Source: an uncultured Verrucomicrobiae bacterium
Lineage (GTDB): Bacteria; Verrucomicrobiota; Verrucomicrobiia; Chthoniobacterales; Chthoniobacteraceae
Direction: 5' to 3'
Assembly (NCBI GenBank): GCA_963828525.1
Contig: CAWHEP010000008.1
Location: 288,001 to 352,000 of the forward strand
Length of the DNA: 64,000 nucleotides
In this document: positions 45,511-56,894 of the stretch, one piece after another
How positions within the stretch are numbered: the stretch's first letter is position 1
Layout of the letters: the number at the start of each line of letters is the position of its first letter
Notes under the pieces: generated by a model
The model's database searches: none
Seen by the model: only the letters and a program-made list of their open reading frames with translations
What the model was told of the DNA's origin: nothing
Made by a program: the position numbers and the translations under genes

Positions 45511-47514
45511 CTAAAGATCTTCCCGGAAAAAGCGCTCAGACTTGATCGCGGCGTTGAGAGTCATCCGCATCCATACGGTGTTCTCGCGCATATCCGTTGG
45601 TGGCGGGGTGGTCGTTGTAAGAATGTATTGAAACGGGAATTCGTCCGCGGAAGCCGACTCCTCCTCCATCCGCTTGGCATAGAGAAAAAAGCGCTCATAG
45701 ATTACTCGGGACAAATCGGCTTCTCGCGGTCCGTCGTGAATTAAGAGCCGAGGATGAAAACCGTCGCCCTCAATACTTTGCACGAGGGCGGCGAGATCGA
45801 AAGCTAGGACGCGGATCGTGGCGAGCGCAGAGCCTTGAAGTTCGGCATTTCGCTGGATGCGGAGCGTAAGCCCTTTTTCTGTGACCGTTGCTTTGGCACT
45901 GACCTGCGGCCCCATGACAGCACGAACGACATCGCCGAAAATTTCGGAGAATTTGTCCAAGCCCGACTCGGCGTCTTTCCGTTTCTCGATAACGTCCGCT
46001 CGTCGGACTTCAAGTGTTTCCTTGGCCTTGGTCAGCCTGTCGTTCACGGCTTTCAGCGCGGCCCGTGAAAGCTGAACATTTGCGATTCGTTCGACACGAG
46101 CAGCATTCGCGGAGTATTGGCCGCGCAATGGTGCGAGGCGCGCCTTTCGATTGTTCTCAGCGCCCTTCTTCACTGCTTCGGCGCTGACAAGTTCACGATT
46201 TATTTTTGCGAGTTCATCCCGCTTCACCGAAAAATCGCACGATTGCTTTCCAAGACGGGCCTCGAGGCGCACGCGCTGTCGATCGAATGTCTTTGCCGGA
46301 GGCTCAGCAGGCGGAAGCAGCTTGCCCTGCTCCTCGACGCATTTATTGGCCACTGCCTGCGCCCAAGTATGAGGGCAAAAACCATCTGCGGCTCTTGCCG
46401 GGTTCTCACGAGCCTGATCCTGCAACTGTTGCAGGTCATCCTTTGTCGTCTCGATGTCCTTAGTCGTGTCGGCCACCGAGTTTTTCAAAGCCGCGACTTC
46501 AGAACTCAGCCCGCTCTGCAATTCGAGAGCCTTAAAACTTCCTCTTGCGCACGGTCCAGTTCTGCATCGTCGCCAAGTTTCTCAAGCTCTTCGGCAATGA
46601 TTTCGCCGGCTCCGGATAGGAGTTTGCGTTTCGCCTCCAAAGCGTCGTCATCATCGTATAAGGAAAGCAAATCAGCATCCAGACGATATCTGTCCTCCTC
46701 CAGCTTGGCCATGGCAACGCGTTCTTCAGCGTCCAGTTTCTCAACGTCCTTGGTCGAAGTCTCAGCCAAAACCCACGCGGCGTGTTCCTTCGGTTCGAGC
46801 AGGCGCAAGACCGCTCGCATAAGCAAATGTTGATCGGCCATGGTCGTCTCGGGCGCATCCGCTTCGCTGAGCGCGCTGTTCCTCCAAAGGTGTATTGCTG
46901 CGAAGCGGCATTCCTGATCACGCGCAAGCCACGGTAGCATTTGGCGCCAGGCGTATCGCGGGTCGGCCGGAAGCGGCAGGCAGCACGCGGCTTCCAAAGT
47001 TTCGACGAATTGCTCGAAGCTGCCGCGCGGTTGTGGCGGTTGCTGCGTGAGGAACGTCTCGATTTCCCAACCCTTAAGCGCGAAGTGATGAAGGGACGGC
47101 ACGAGTGTGCGTCCGACGAGCCAGCAGTCGGTTCCGATGAATACTTCTGCGAGAGCCCAAGCCTCCGTGAACACCGTTCGCACCGCTTCTCGTAGAGCAT
47201 CAGGACCGAAGTTTCCCTCACCGAGTACGTAGCGGAGCACACGGCAAAAAGTTGTCTTGCCCGAAGAATGTCCTGCGATGCCATCCTCGTAAAGTTCAGC
47301 TGGCTCAGCGGCGTCTTCAGGAGGTGCCCATATGATGTTTAGACCTCTCTTCAGCCGAGACACGGCGTATCTCATAATCTCTGCCGTAGACGTCTTTTCC
47401 GGGTAGTAACCTTCGCAGGATGCGTAATTCTCGCACCCACATAACAGGTGTGATGACGCCGGCAGCCGGCTTCATAGGACGGCTTAGCGACAAATGCTTT
47501 TGCGTGGTCCTCAT
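45511..47514 (-). CDS. SMC/Rad50-like ABC ATPase (Lamassu LmuB / ABC-three-component type), indels near 47360 and 46520
   Basis: WVRELRI..GLNII, Walker A GHSSGKTT, ARDQE, coiled coils with a central Cys pair, LQGSAL, Walker B LLIHDGPREAD, QYILTT. Confidence 0.8.
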
Positions 47515-47529
47515 ATCACTAGCATTAGC

Positions 47530-48015
47530 AAGTTCCGCCGCGTCTTCAGCAGGGAACCAAAGGTCGTCATCGCTCAATAGTGGCGATCGTTTCGAGATCA
47601 AGAATAAGCCGTGCGAACCGCGCATCCGCGACAACAAACGCGGTGGCATCGGGAGATTGTGTGGTAAGTCGAGTCCATGTGCTACTTCGAGCAGTCGCAC
47701 CTCGAAGCCTTGCTCAGAGTGGAACATGCCAAGACGGCCCATGTGCATAAGCCGATGACTTGTGGGCGAAACTCGGCCCGAAGCACTTGCTGAGGGTTCG
47801 ATTTCTTCCACGAGTTCGTAAGGGTAAGGTCGTGCTGCTTCCCAGAGGGAGAAGAGGCGTGCGTGGTCCGAGAGCAACCGGCAGGCAGCGATTAATGTTT
47901 CCAATGGCAATTCTTCCTCGACCCAATGGCTAGCAAAACGACAACAAGGTCTTCAAGATAAGCGGAACTAGAGCGTGGTGCGCGATGGCCTTCGGATATA
48001 AAGAGGGGGGTGTCA
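47530..48015 (-). CDS. uncharacterised ~160-aa domain: C-terminal extension of Res or a separate small gene (indels)
   Basis: The Res frame reads on into [27 protein letters not shown]; removing one T from a T4 run near 47936 joins it to LPLETLIAACRLLS. Confidence 0.45.
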
Positions 48016-51000
48016 TCGCTTGGCCATTCAACGCGATCGAAAGTTCCGATGCGGTGACTACGCCGGGACGGCGCGAGCCAAGGTGTGCGAGTTCCCGGGC
48101 GAGCATTTGTGGATCACGACACACATGGAAATGCCAGCGGCCCATACGACCCCAATTATTCACCGCTGATACCCAGCGTTTCGCGGCTTGGAATTTCGCT
48201 TCCTCCTGCTCGCCCATCATTCCCTTAATCTCCAAAATGAGCGTCGTGCCGTCTTTCAGACGAACGAGGAAGTCTGGGTAGAAGAGATGAGACTGACCAA
48301 AAAATTCGTAGGGAATGCCAAAGCCAAGGTGGGATGTGCCGCCGTCATCATTGCGCGCGTAGAAGACGACGTTATCCGAAGCCTCCAGCGTGAAAGAAGA
48401 GGAACGCTCCCATGTGTCGGTGTCGAGCACGACGTGATCAACGTGGCTCTTTTGTGTCGGATGGCAGGGGCGCGTCGTGTTGAACAGAACATCAGCCGTC
48501 GAGCCATGAGGATTGAACCGATTGATAACAGGTAGTAGCGGCGGTTCCCCAGCGGCTGTGTCTGGCTCGATGGCTGCCACAAGCCGGCTCCACTGCCTGG
48601 TCCGCGTAAATCTGCAGACCAAGCTCGCGGCGGTCGGTAGCTCCGCTCCATTCCACGCGCGTTCGGACGAAAGGTTCCACGATTTTCACGACCTGCGGGA
48701 AAAGCTCGTGACGAGCTTGATAGCGAAACTTCGCCCGCTTCTCTTCCTGCGTGTCGGTCAGCCGAGCAACAATCTGCCGTGCGATCTCGAAGAGGATCGT
48801 CTGAAGGTGGTGGTTCTCGTAGTAGCTGTCGCGGTTTTGCAGCTCGGTCTTAAATGAAGGGGAACCGACGTGCCCCTCCCGCACCCCGACCTGTGGCTGC
48901 ACAAACACCTGCATCGGATTCTGCATCGGCCGGATGCGCACGGCTTCGACTTTCGGCAGGTCGCAGCGCACGAGGTTGCGCTTCAGCTCCAGCACGTAGC
49001 CCTCGACATTCGGGAAACGCATTTCCATCGCTGCCCGTTTCCGGCAGCGCTTTTACCTGCGTCACCGGCTTGTCGTCCGGCTCCGGTTGTTTCGAGGCGC
49101 GGCCTTTGAACGGAATCACCGAAAACGGAATGCCATAAACATCCACATATTCGGGACGCAGCATCCCCGTCGTCTGGATCGACATCGTAGCTGATGCGAC
49201 GCAGCCCACGCCCGACAACCTGCTCGCACAGGAGCTGGCTGCCGAATGCGCGGAGGCCAAGGATTTGCGTCACATTATTCGCGTCCCAACCTTCCGTCAG
49301 CATCTGCACGCTCACGACACAGCGGATGTGCTCGCCGATCGTTCCAGGCTGACCCACGGATGCGATGATCTGCCGCAGCTTTTCCGCCTCCTGCTGTTTG
49401 CTGCTGCCTTCGCTAGCCTCGGCTTCCGCGAGGAGCTTTCGAGTCGATCCGCAGCGTCACCGTGCGCTCCTCGGTGTTCGCGAGTTCCGGGAAAGGCAGC
49501 CCGGCGCTGTTGAAGCGCCGGATTTTCCTCACCTTCGCTTTCTTTTTTGATCCTTCTGCTTCTGCTTCGGTCTCATCCGTCGCCTTCGCTCTGCTAACTT
49601 CCTCCTGCGTCTCACCCGAGAGCTTCTCAAAGAAAACCTGCGCCATATCCGTGTTGTCGCAGACGACAATCATCACCGGGGGCACGACGGTCTGGCCGGG
49701 CTTGGCTTCCCGCTGCTGCTGAAAGCGCTCCTGCCACTGCGAGCCGAGCGTGGACAGCGCCGGCCCTGCATAAAGCCATGCCGCATCAGGTTTTGGTTTG
49801 CCTTTGTCCATCTGCGCGGGCTGGCACTGCTTTTGATCTCGTCCCATAGCCGAAAAAACTTCGAGTCCGGGCTTCCCGCTTGCGTCGCTCACCGGCAACG
49901 CGCGGGATTTTTGTAATCCCGCTTTCAATTGCATCCACTAGGCCGAAGTCGCTGACCAGCCAGGGGAATGGCGAGCCTTCGATCCAGCCACTGCCCGCCA
50001 GGTAAAATGGCGTCGCCGACAAATCCATGCAAAACGCCACGCCCGTCGCCTGGTTGATCTTGTCGAGTCCTTCGACCCAAACTGTCGCTTCCTCCGCGTC
50101 TTCTTTGCTCGCCTCGCCAAAAACATCGGCGTTCTTTTTCCGCTTCGACTTCGCCGCGATCTCCGGCGGCGCGGGACGGTAGGCGTGGTGCGCTTCGTCA
50201 TTAAGTACCAGCACTTCACCGAGGCCGTAGAGTTCCTTGAGCACGCGCCGCGCAAAGGCGTCCGGGCCTTCTTCGCCCTTGTCTACGACCGCGTAATTCT
50301 TTCCGCCTTCCGTGTGCGCAGATTCGGGCGCAAACGCGTGCCAGTTCGTAATCATCACCCGGCCTTGCAGCATTAGCGGGCGCAGTTGGCTCGGCACGAT
50401 GTCGAACTTCTCATAATAGCTCTCCGCGCCGAGATCGGGCCGAAGCACTTGCAGGCGTTCCTTCACCGTCAGGTTCGGGCAGACGGCCAGGACCGCGCGA
50501 GGAAAGCGCGTGTCACCGGGCACCGCGCCGCGATTGCACAGCGTCCACGCGGTTAGCATCGCCATCACCACGGTTTTGCCGGAGCCCGTCGCCATCTTGC
50601 AGCCGTAGCGGGTAAGTTTTTCCAATCCTCTCGCAGCGGTGGGTCGGAAAGTCGCGCAACAAATTCGCCCTTCGCTGTCCGCTCCAAGGCCGATCTCGCC
50701 GGGATTCAAAAGGGCGTCGTATTGTTCTCGGCTCACGGCTGCTTTTCCGCGGCGGGTCCGTCCAGCGGCGAGTAGTTCAGTGAGATAGATCACTGTCTCT
50801 ACCGCTTCGATCTGGCAGAAGAAGAAACGCCGTTTCCGATCCGGGCTGCGCCAGTGGCGAAGCAGCTTCTTCGTCGTCTGCGTGGCGTTCTCGTAATCGT
50901 TCTCCCGCCACTTCGCCACGTCCTCGCGCAGGCGATTCACGAGATCAAGCTTCTCGCTGCCGCTGTCGCCGGAGCCGATGTCCTCAAGGTCCATCTGGCC

Positions 51001-51207
51001 GGTCATCACTCGCTGCGTCGTCCAGAAGTATTCCGCTGGCCGCCGGCCCGGCTCACGATGCGCCTTGCCCTGCTTATCGTATTTCCAGTGCTGCTTCGGC
51101 TCGTCGTATGGCCCGTTGATGATTGGCTCCTCGACTTGAGCCTGCACCGGCAACTCCGGCTGGTTGGAGGCGGGCGGTTTCGGGACAGTGTTAGTGGTGC
51201 GCGGCAT
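47930..51207 (-). CDS. res: type III restriction enzyme Res subunit (multiple indels)
   Basis: [35 protein letters not shown], and C-terminal PDFLV..LEIKG PD-(D/E)xK nuclease motif. Confidence 0.9.
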
Positions 51208-51209
51208 GA

Positions 51210-53894
51210 TTACGGGTTCCTCTCACGAACGACACGTTCCGGCCCTGCGAATGCGACCAGGACACCTAATGTTTGGCACACCGAACGAACGATGTGATCC
51301 TCTAGCGGTCTGTCAGGTGCAATAAAGGTGCCCTGTTGCTGGATGCGAAGAGCAATCTCGATGGCGGGTTTGCCTAGTGCCGTGGCTAACCGCCTCTCGG
51401 AAATCCCGTGAGGAACTGTAGCGATTGCAAACCCGTTCGCGAATTCTACAAGGAGGCGAGTGTCGTTGTCCTTCTCAGGAATCTCTTCGTTAACAGGTGC
51501 AGCTTCCTCGGGCGGTCGCGACACCTCAAATTGAGCTGCGACAGTTGCTGGCTCCGCTTTCTCGCGCCAAGAAAGAGAGTCTCCCATTGCCTCCAGGAAC
51601 GGAGAGGGGCTGCCGCTGTAAATGAAGCGCACTTCGTCGCGTCCGCGGGTGATCGCAACATACAAGCGCAGTGCGTCTCTCCACTGCTCGTCGTGGGGCC
51701 GACCCTTCAAGGGAAAAGCGCCGTCCTCCAGCCCCAGAATGATGATCAGGCTAAACTCAAAACCCTTGATCGTTGCAATGTCAGAGATGACAACAGCGGA
51801 CGGGTCGAGGAAGTAGTCCCCGCTGAGGTCAGAAACCTTGATCCCCGGAGGGCAAGCCTGACGAATCTTGTCCAAGCTGACGGCATCGAGATTCGCCGAG
51901 GCGATACAGACTGAAAAGGACTTGTGGCCTGCACGTAGCCATCCCTGAACCTCACGCCATGCTTGCGCGACCGGGTTGCTTGCTTTGAACGCGATTGGTT
52001 TTGCTGAGTCGCGCTCTGCCAATTCTGGATCGAGCACCTTGAGCTCTGAGTCTCCGCTGGAACTTGGAGGTGGAAAGACTTTAAGCAAACGATCCGCTGC
52101 CATAAGAATTTGGCGCGAGTTGCGGTAATTCTTACGGATACTTCGCAGGACACGATCGGTCGGGCCGATCTTGGCTTTATTGAGATCCAGCTCCTTCGCA
52201 TAAAGCTTTTGCGCCAAGTCGCCCGTGAGGAAGAGCCCGTTCTGCGTGTCGGTAGGAACCCGTGCAAGCAATTGCAGATCGAGGGTCGAAAAATCCTGGA
52301 ACTCATCGACCAACACCGCCCGATAGCGAAACAAAGCCGGAATGCTTGCCATCTCTTCCACTGCCAGCATGGCCGCCTGACAAAGACCCATGTGGTCGAG
52401 AAAGCGGCGTCGAATCTGGTATCCCTCCCAATCGTGAAGCAGAGAGAGCACCTGTTCTCGACGTTCCGTTTGAAACTGAATTGAGCGCCCCTCCCGTTCG
52501 AAGCCATCCCGATACGCAGTATATTCCTCGTAACAGCGGAATGCACTGCGGATCAGTTCCAACTCCTCGTAGATGTAGTCGGAGAGACTAAGGGATTGAT
52601 CCTGCGAATAGAGATAGACCTCAAGATTGTTGTAGTTGTCTCGTGCGGGTCCGGTGAGTTGATCGGTGAACTCGCCGAATATTCCCTTCAAAACGCGTTC
52701 ATCGAGCGACTTGAAAAGGTCTTCAAGACGATCCGGCGGGGTGGCCTCAAGCAAGTTGCGAATTGCCTCACCGTGGTTCGTGTAGGTGCCAAGAAGTTCG
52801 AGGAACTTCGTCAGGTCCAAGGAGGCCAGGAGGCTCGCCAAATAGTCGTGAAAGGAGCGCACATCCACGCGCTCGTGTTCGCCGTCGACGCATAGACGCT
52901 TGATTAGATTCTCAAGAAGCCGAGCTAGGCTGCGATTTAGGGTTAGGACGAGTATCCTCTTGTCAGGGTAGCACCGTGCGAGCCGACGAGCGCGATGGAC
53001 CAACACACAAGTTTTCCCCGAACCTGACACCCCGGTCAGGACGGCCTGCTTGTCGAAGTCTTCATCCACGACACGCCTCTGCCCGGGATGAAGAAAAACC
53101 ATCCACTCTTCAAACCGTGTGGGGTCCTCCATGAGTTTGCGCTCTGCCTCGCTTAACGGGTTGAGATGAACGAATCTTTCTGCGTTCACCGGAAGGGCGA
53201 GCACTTCATCCGTTACAATGCTTTCAATCGGGATTGTATCGGAGGCAACGACGCGACTGCCTTGGTAAGCCTCAATCACCGCCACTGCCTCTGAATACTC
53301 ACATCGCTTAACGTGATTCAGTGCCGCGATAACGGCGGAGCCGAGTGAAGCGTCTTGCGCCTGCAATTCCGCAAGCAACTCCCATTGCTCCTCCTCGGTG
53401 TGGTTTTCGTTGAGCGCAAGCAATCCGAAGCGGAATCCTGTGTCCTCTATCAGCGCCGTCCAATTAACACCGTCGATCCGCTTGAAGTAGGGTCTGTGAT
53501 CAAGGGTGGGCGTTCCAGTGCGCAGATCACCCCGACTTGCTGTCTCCGGCGCGTTGATCAAAACAACCTCTTGAGTCTCAGGCTTGAATGACAGCTTGAT
53601 TCCAGCGTTCTGCGACAGCCACGCCTGACACGCATCATGATTACCTACATACAGTGCGAGGCAGGTGTCTCCTTCTTGAAGTGTGATCAGGCGGAAGCCA
53701 TCACCGAGATTGAACTTTACACAATTGCGAATGCGAGTTTCGCCGTGGTCAGTTGTCTGAACACCGGGAGGCAAACCCGCTTCCAAATTGTTTAAAACGA
53801 CAGCAGCTTTCTTCACACGCTGGCCGTCCTGCCCGCCAAGCTCCACAAGTGCGCGGTACGCGTTCAGGTAGGATTTATATTGGACGACTCTCAT
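51210..53894 (-). CDS. SF1 UvrD-like helicase with N-terminal RelE/ParE-like domain and C-terminal IF2_N-like domain
   Basis: Uninterrupted 894-aa ORF: LHPGQ, GVSGSGKT, VDEFQD, GDLAQ, NYRNS, KGFEF, YVAITRGR. N-terminus FRLITL..LYVGNHD; C-terminus VPHGISERRLATALG..VCQTLG. Confidence 0.85.
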   Translation of the reverse strand: MRVVQYKSYLNAYRALVELGGQDGQRVKKAAVVLNNLEAGLPPGVQTTDHGETRIRNCVKFNLGDGFRLITLQEGDTCLALYVGNHDACQAWLSQNAGIKLSFKPETQEVVLINAPETASRGDLRTGTPTLDHRPYFKRIDGVNWTALIEDTGFRFGLLALNENHTEEEQWELLAELQAQDASLGSAVIAALNHVKRCEYSEAVAVIEAYQGSRVVASDTIPIESIVTDEVLALPVNAERFVHLNPLSEAERKLMEDPTRFEEWMVFLHPGQRRVVDEDFDKQAVLTGVSGSGKTCVLVHRARRLARCYPDKRILVLTLNRSLARLLENLIKRLCVDGEHERVDVRSFHDYLASLLASLDLTKFLELLGTYTNHGEAIRNLLEATPPDRLEDLFKSLDERVLKGIFGEFTDQLTGPARDNYNNLEVYLYSQDQSLSLSDYIYEELELIRSAFRCYEEYTAYRDGFEREGRSIQFQTERREQVLSLLHDWEGYQIRRRFLDHMGLCQAAMLAVEEMASIPALFRYRAVLVDEFQDFSTLDLQLLARVPTDTQNGLFLTGDLAQKLYAKELDLNKAKIGPTDRVLRSIRKNYRNSRQILMAADRLLKVFPPPSSSGDSELKVLDPELAERDSAKPIAFKASNPVAQAWREVQGWLRAGHKSFSVCIASANLDAVSLDKIRQACPPGIKVSDLSGDYFLDPSAVVISDIATIKGFEFSLIIILGLEDGAFPLKGRPHDEQWRDALRLYVAITRGRDEVRFIYSGSPSPFLEAMGDSLSWREKAEPATVAAQFEVSRPPEEAAPVNEEIPEKDNDTRLLVEFANGFAIATVPHGISERRLATALGKPAIEIALRIQQQGTFIAPDRPLEDHIVRSVCQTLGVLVAFAGPERVVRERNP

Positions 53895-53897
53895 TTC

Positions 53898-56876
53898 CTA
53901 GTCAGCGTAATTGGTGCTCCCGAGCCGATGCACCCGCATCACTTCATTCCCGCGCGGATCGATGACTTTCACGGCCACCGTCTGCCGCTCGCCGGGTTTG
54001 AAAGGCAAGCTCACGGTGCCGCTGAGTTTGTCGAACGCTCCTTCCTCAATGCTGCCTTTCAGTGCGCGGGCGAGTTTCTCCCATGCGCTCTTGTCGGGGA
54101 AGAATGCCTGGCAGATGCAGAAGACCTTGCCGTCGTAATCCGTGTCCAGGAACCACGCGGCAACCTTGCCGGCGTTCGTTGCCTCGATACTGTTCTTCAC
54201 CGGGTCGTAGATGTCCACGCCTTCCATGTGGATCTGCCATTCGTCGCCGCCCGCAGGGCTCAAGGCGCGTGCGGGGCTGGCCGAAGACGGTGAAAATCTG
54301 CGCGCTCACCTGCGTCTTCTTCAGCAGGTCGCCCATCGTCACGTCGGGGCGGATTTGCGCCATGTGGACGCGCAGGTCGTTCTCCGTTTCGTTGTGAACC
54401 TGGATTTCCTCCTGCGCCATCGCGTCGAAGGAAAACGCGGCCATGACCAGATCGTCGTAGCCGCGTTTGTAGCAATGCCGGATGGCCTGCTCCACGAGAT
54501 GCCGCGGCACACTGCCCAACTCCGGGCCGATGACCACGGCCGAGCTTGCGCGTCTCGCCGTTCACGATCTCGCCCTCCGCATGCAGAAAGCCGCTCTCGA
54601 TCCGTGCAGGCGCTCGATCTTCACATACTTGTTGCCGAGGAAAGTGATGCCGTCGTGCCGCAGCAGGTCGAGCATCCGGTCGATGTGCGAACTGGCGTTG
54701 CCGGACGCCACAGCCTTCTCGTCTGCCGCGAAAGTCTCCAGCTCCTCAGGCGCGCCGCCGATGGGCGTCTCCGGTTCCGGGCCGTTCTCCGGCGGGCGGA
54801 TGCTCTCGACGGTGAAGGGGCCGCTTACGCGCACCACACCGGGGACCTTCTCGGGCATGTCCACGAGTTCTTCCTGTTCAGCGTTGGCCTCAATGCACTC
54901 GTTCACCTCGTCCATCTTCGCCCGCCATGCGGCGCGGTAGGCGGTCAGCGCAGCTTGCAGCGGCTGCGGCCAGTCGGGGTCGGTGTCGAAAGGCACTTCC
55001 CATTCCTGCCATTGAGTCGCCCGCGCCGACGCAAAGGCGCGAAGGTCGGCGACTTGTTTGGCGGTGGGGCCGCCTTTGGCCGACTGGAAAAGCTGCGGGT
55101 CGGTGCCGGGCAGAATCCAGCGGCGTTCGTCGGCATCCGTCACGGAGCGCGCGCTTTCGCGGAGCTTCGCGAGGAGTTTGCCGGCGAGCTTCCGCCTCAG
55201 TTCGTCCCCTTCGCGGCTTTGCGACTTCGCGTGAGCCTCCAGCGCGGCGTTCAGCGCGGCGAGGCGCTCGGCGAGGATGGGCTCGTGCCGGGCAAAGATC
55301 GGGTCCAGCCCATTGTTTTGGGCGATCGATTTGAGGGTGATGTGCGGGACGGTCTTGTAGGTAGAAGCCGTGCCGCGGGTTCAGCGGCTGGTTCGGGTCC
55401 ACGCCGGCTTGCGGGTCGCGGGTCTTGTAGGTCTCGAAGCAGGCGGTGAGCAACCGCTGCCGGGCGATGGCCGCGGCCACGCGCGAACTATCCACCGTGA
55501 TCCACCGCCGTCCCCACTGCTCGGCCACAAACGCCGTCGTCCCACTCCCGCACGTCGGGTCCAGCACCAGGTCGCCGGGGTCGGTGGTCATCAACATGCA
55601 GCGCTGGATAATCTTTGTCGCCGTTTGGACGACATACACGCGGTCGCTCGCGCCGCCCGTGTCCTCCCAAACATTAGTTAAAGCCGATTGCCCAAAATCT
55701 GTTTTGAAGCGCCGGTATCGACATCACCGTCGCTGCAACCCGAACACGTTCTGCTTTGAGCAATCGACCGACGCCCTTCTCATTGGTCTTCCAACTATTT
55801 CCTGCGCCTGGACGAAAGACACGGCCCGCATATTGGACCTCGAATTGCTGTGTTCTTGAAAACACCGCCACCCGTTAGGTCTGCGCTAAACTCCGCGTCG
55901 TCTTCAGCTTGGATTTCGCTGAATAGATGCCGATATTTTGCGACGTGAACATCCTTCGCGAAGAACAGCACATAGTCGCAAATCGACTCTAGCATGTCGC
56001 CCTTCTGATTCGCCTTCTTCTTCACCGTGATCGAGGTGACGAAGTTCTCCGCGCCCGAATACTTCATCGATCACCGCGCGAACACGGTGGAGATTTTCAT
56101 CGCTAATCTGGACGAAGATGGAGCCGGAGTCGGTGAGGAGTTCGCGGGCGAGGATGAAGCGCTGCTTGAGGTAGGCGAGGTAGGAGTGGACGCCGAGGGT
56201 CCAGGTGTCGCGGTAGGCGCGGATCATCTCCGGCTCGCGGGTGAGGTCCTCGTCCTTGTCCTTCACGTCGCGCTTGCCCACCTCGTTCTGCCAGTTGGAG
56301 GAGAATTTGATGCCGTAGGGCGGGTCGAGGTAGATCATCTGCACCTGCCCGGCGAGGCCCTCGCGGCGGGCGAGCGAGGTCATTACCTGGAGGCTGTCGC
56401 CGAGGATGAGGCGGTTCGCCCAGTCCACGTCGTATTGGTAATACGCGCGGGCTTCGCGGGCCGGGAGCTTTGGCTCGGCAAAGAAATCGCGCTGCACGTC
56501 CTCGCGCCGCACCGCGCGCAGGATGGCCTGCGCGGAGACGCGCTCGTGCAGGTGCAACGCCACGGGCTCGACCTCGAAGTGCGGCTGCTCGCGCTTGCCC
56601 GCCCACTCCAGCCACGGCTGCTCGCTCTCCAGATGCGCGGCGAGTTCGGCGGCTTCGTCCTTCGTGAGCTGGGTGCGCGTGGCCTTCTCCAGCAGCTCTC
56701 GGCAGCGGGCGATGCGCTTCATTGAACCGCAGCACCGGCGTCCGGTGCGGGTCGTAGGCAAACTTCACCTTCGGCTCCTCCGCCACGCGATCGCCCGGCG
56801 GACTGCCAGCGGGCGGCAGATTCTTACGCTTCGCGTCAGCGTACTCGAAATCGGTGATGGGGGTAGCGTCAGGCAT
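53898..56876 (-). CDS. mod: type III RM DNA methyltransferase Mod (beta class, multiple indels)
   Basis: [15 protein letters not shown] (motif IV) preceding [11 protein letters not shown] (motif I); C-terminal [11 protein letters not shown] and [11 protein letters not shown]. Confidence 0.9.
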
Positions 56877-56894
56877 GGCCGGATATGGATGGAC

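Noticed and set aside
47317..47910. 197-aa ORF as a single genuine gene
   Set aside because: Its last ~65 residues are the N-terminus of the SMC-like ATPase, so it is a composite created by indels.
53898..56876. Phase-variable simple sequence repeat in mod
   Set aside because: No long homopolymer or short tandem tract is present; the indels are scattered.
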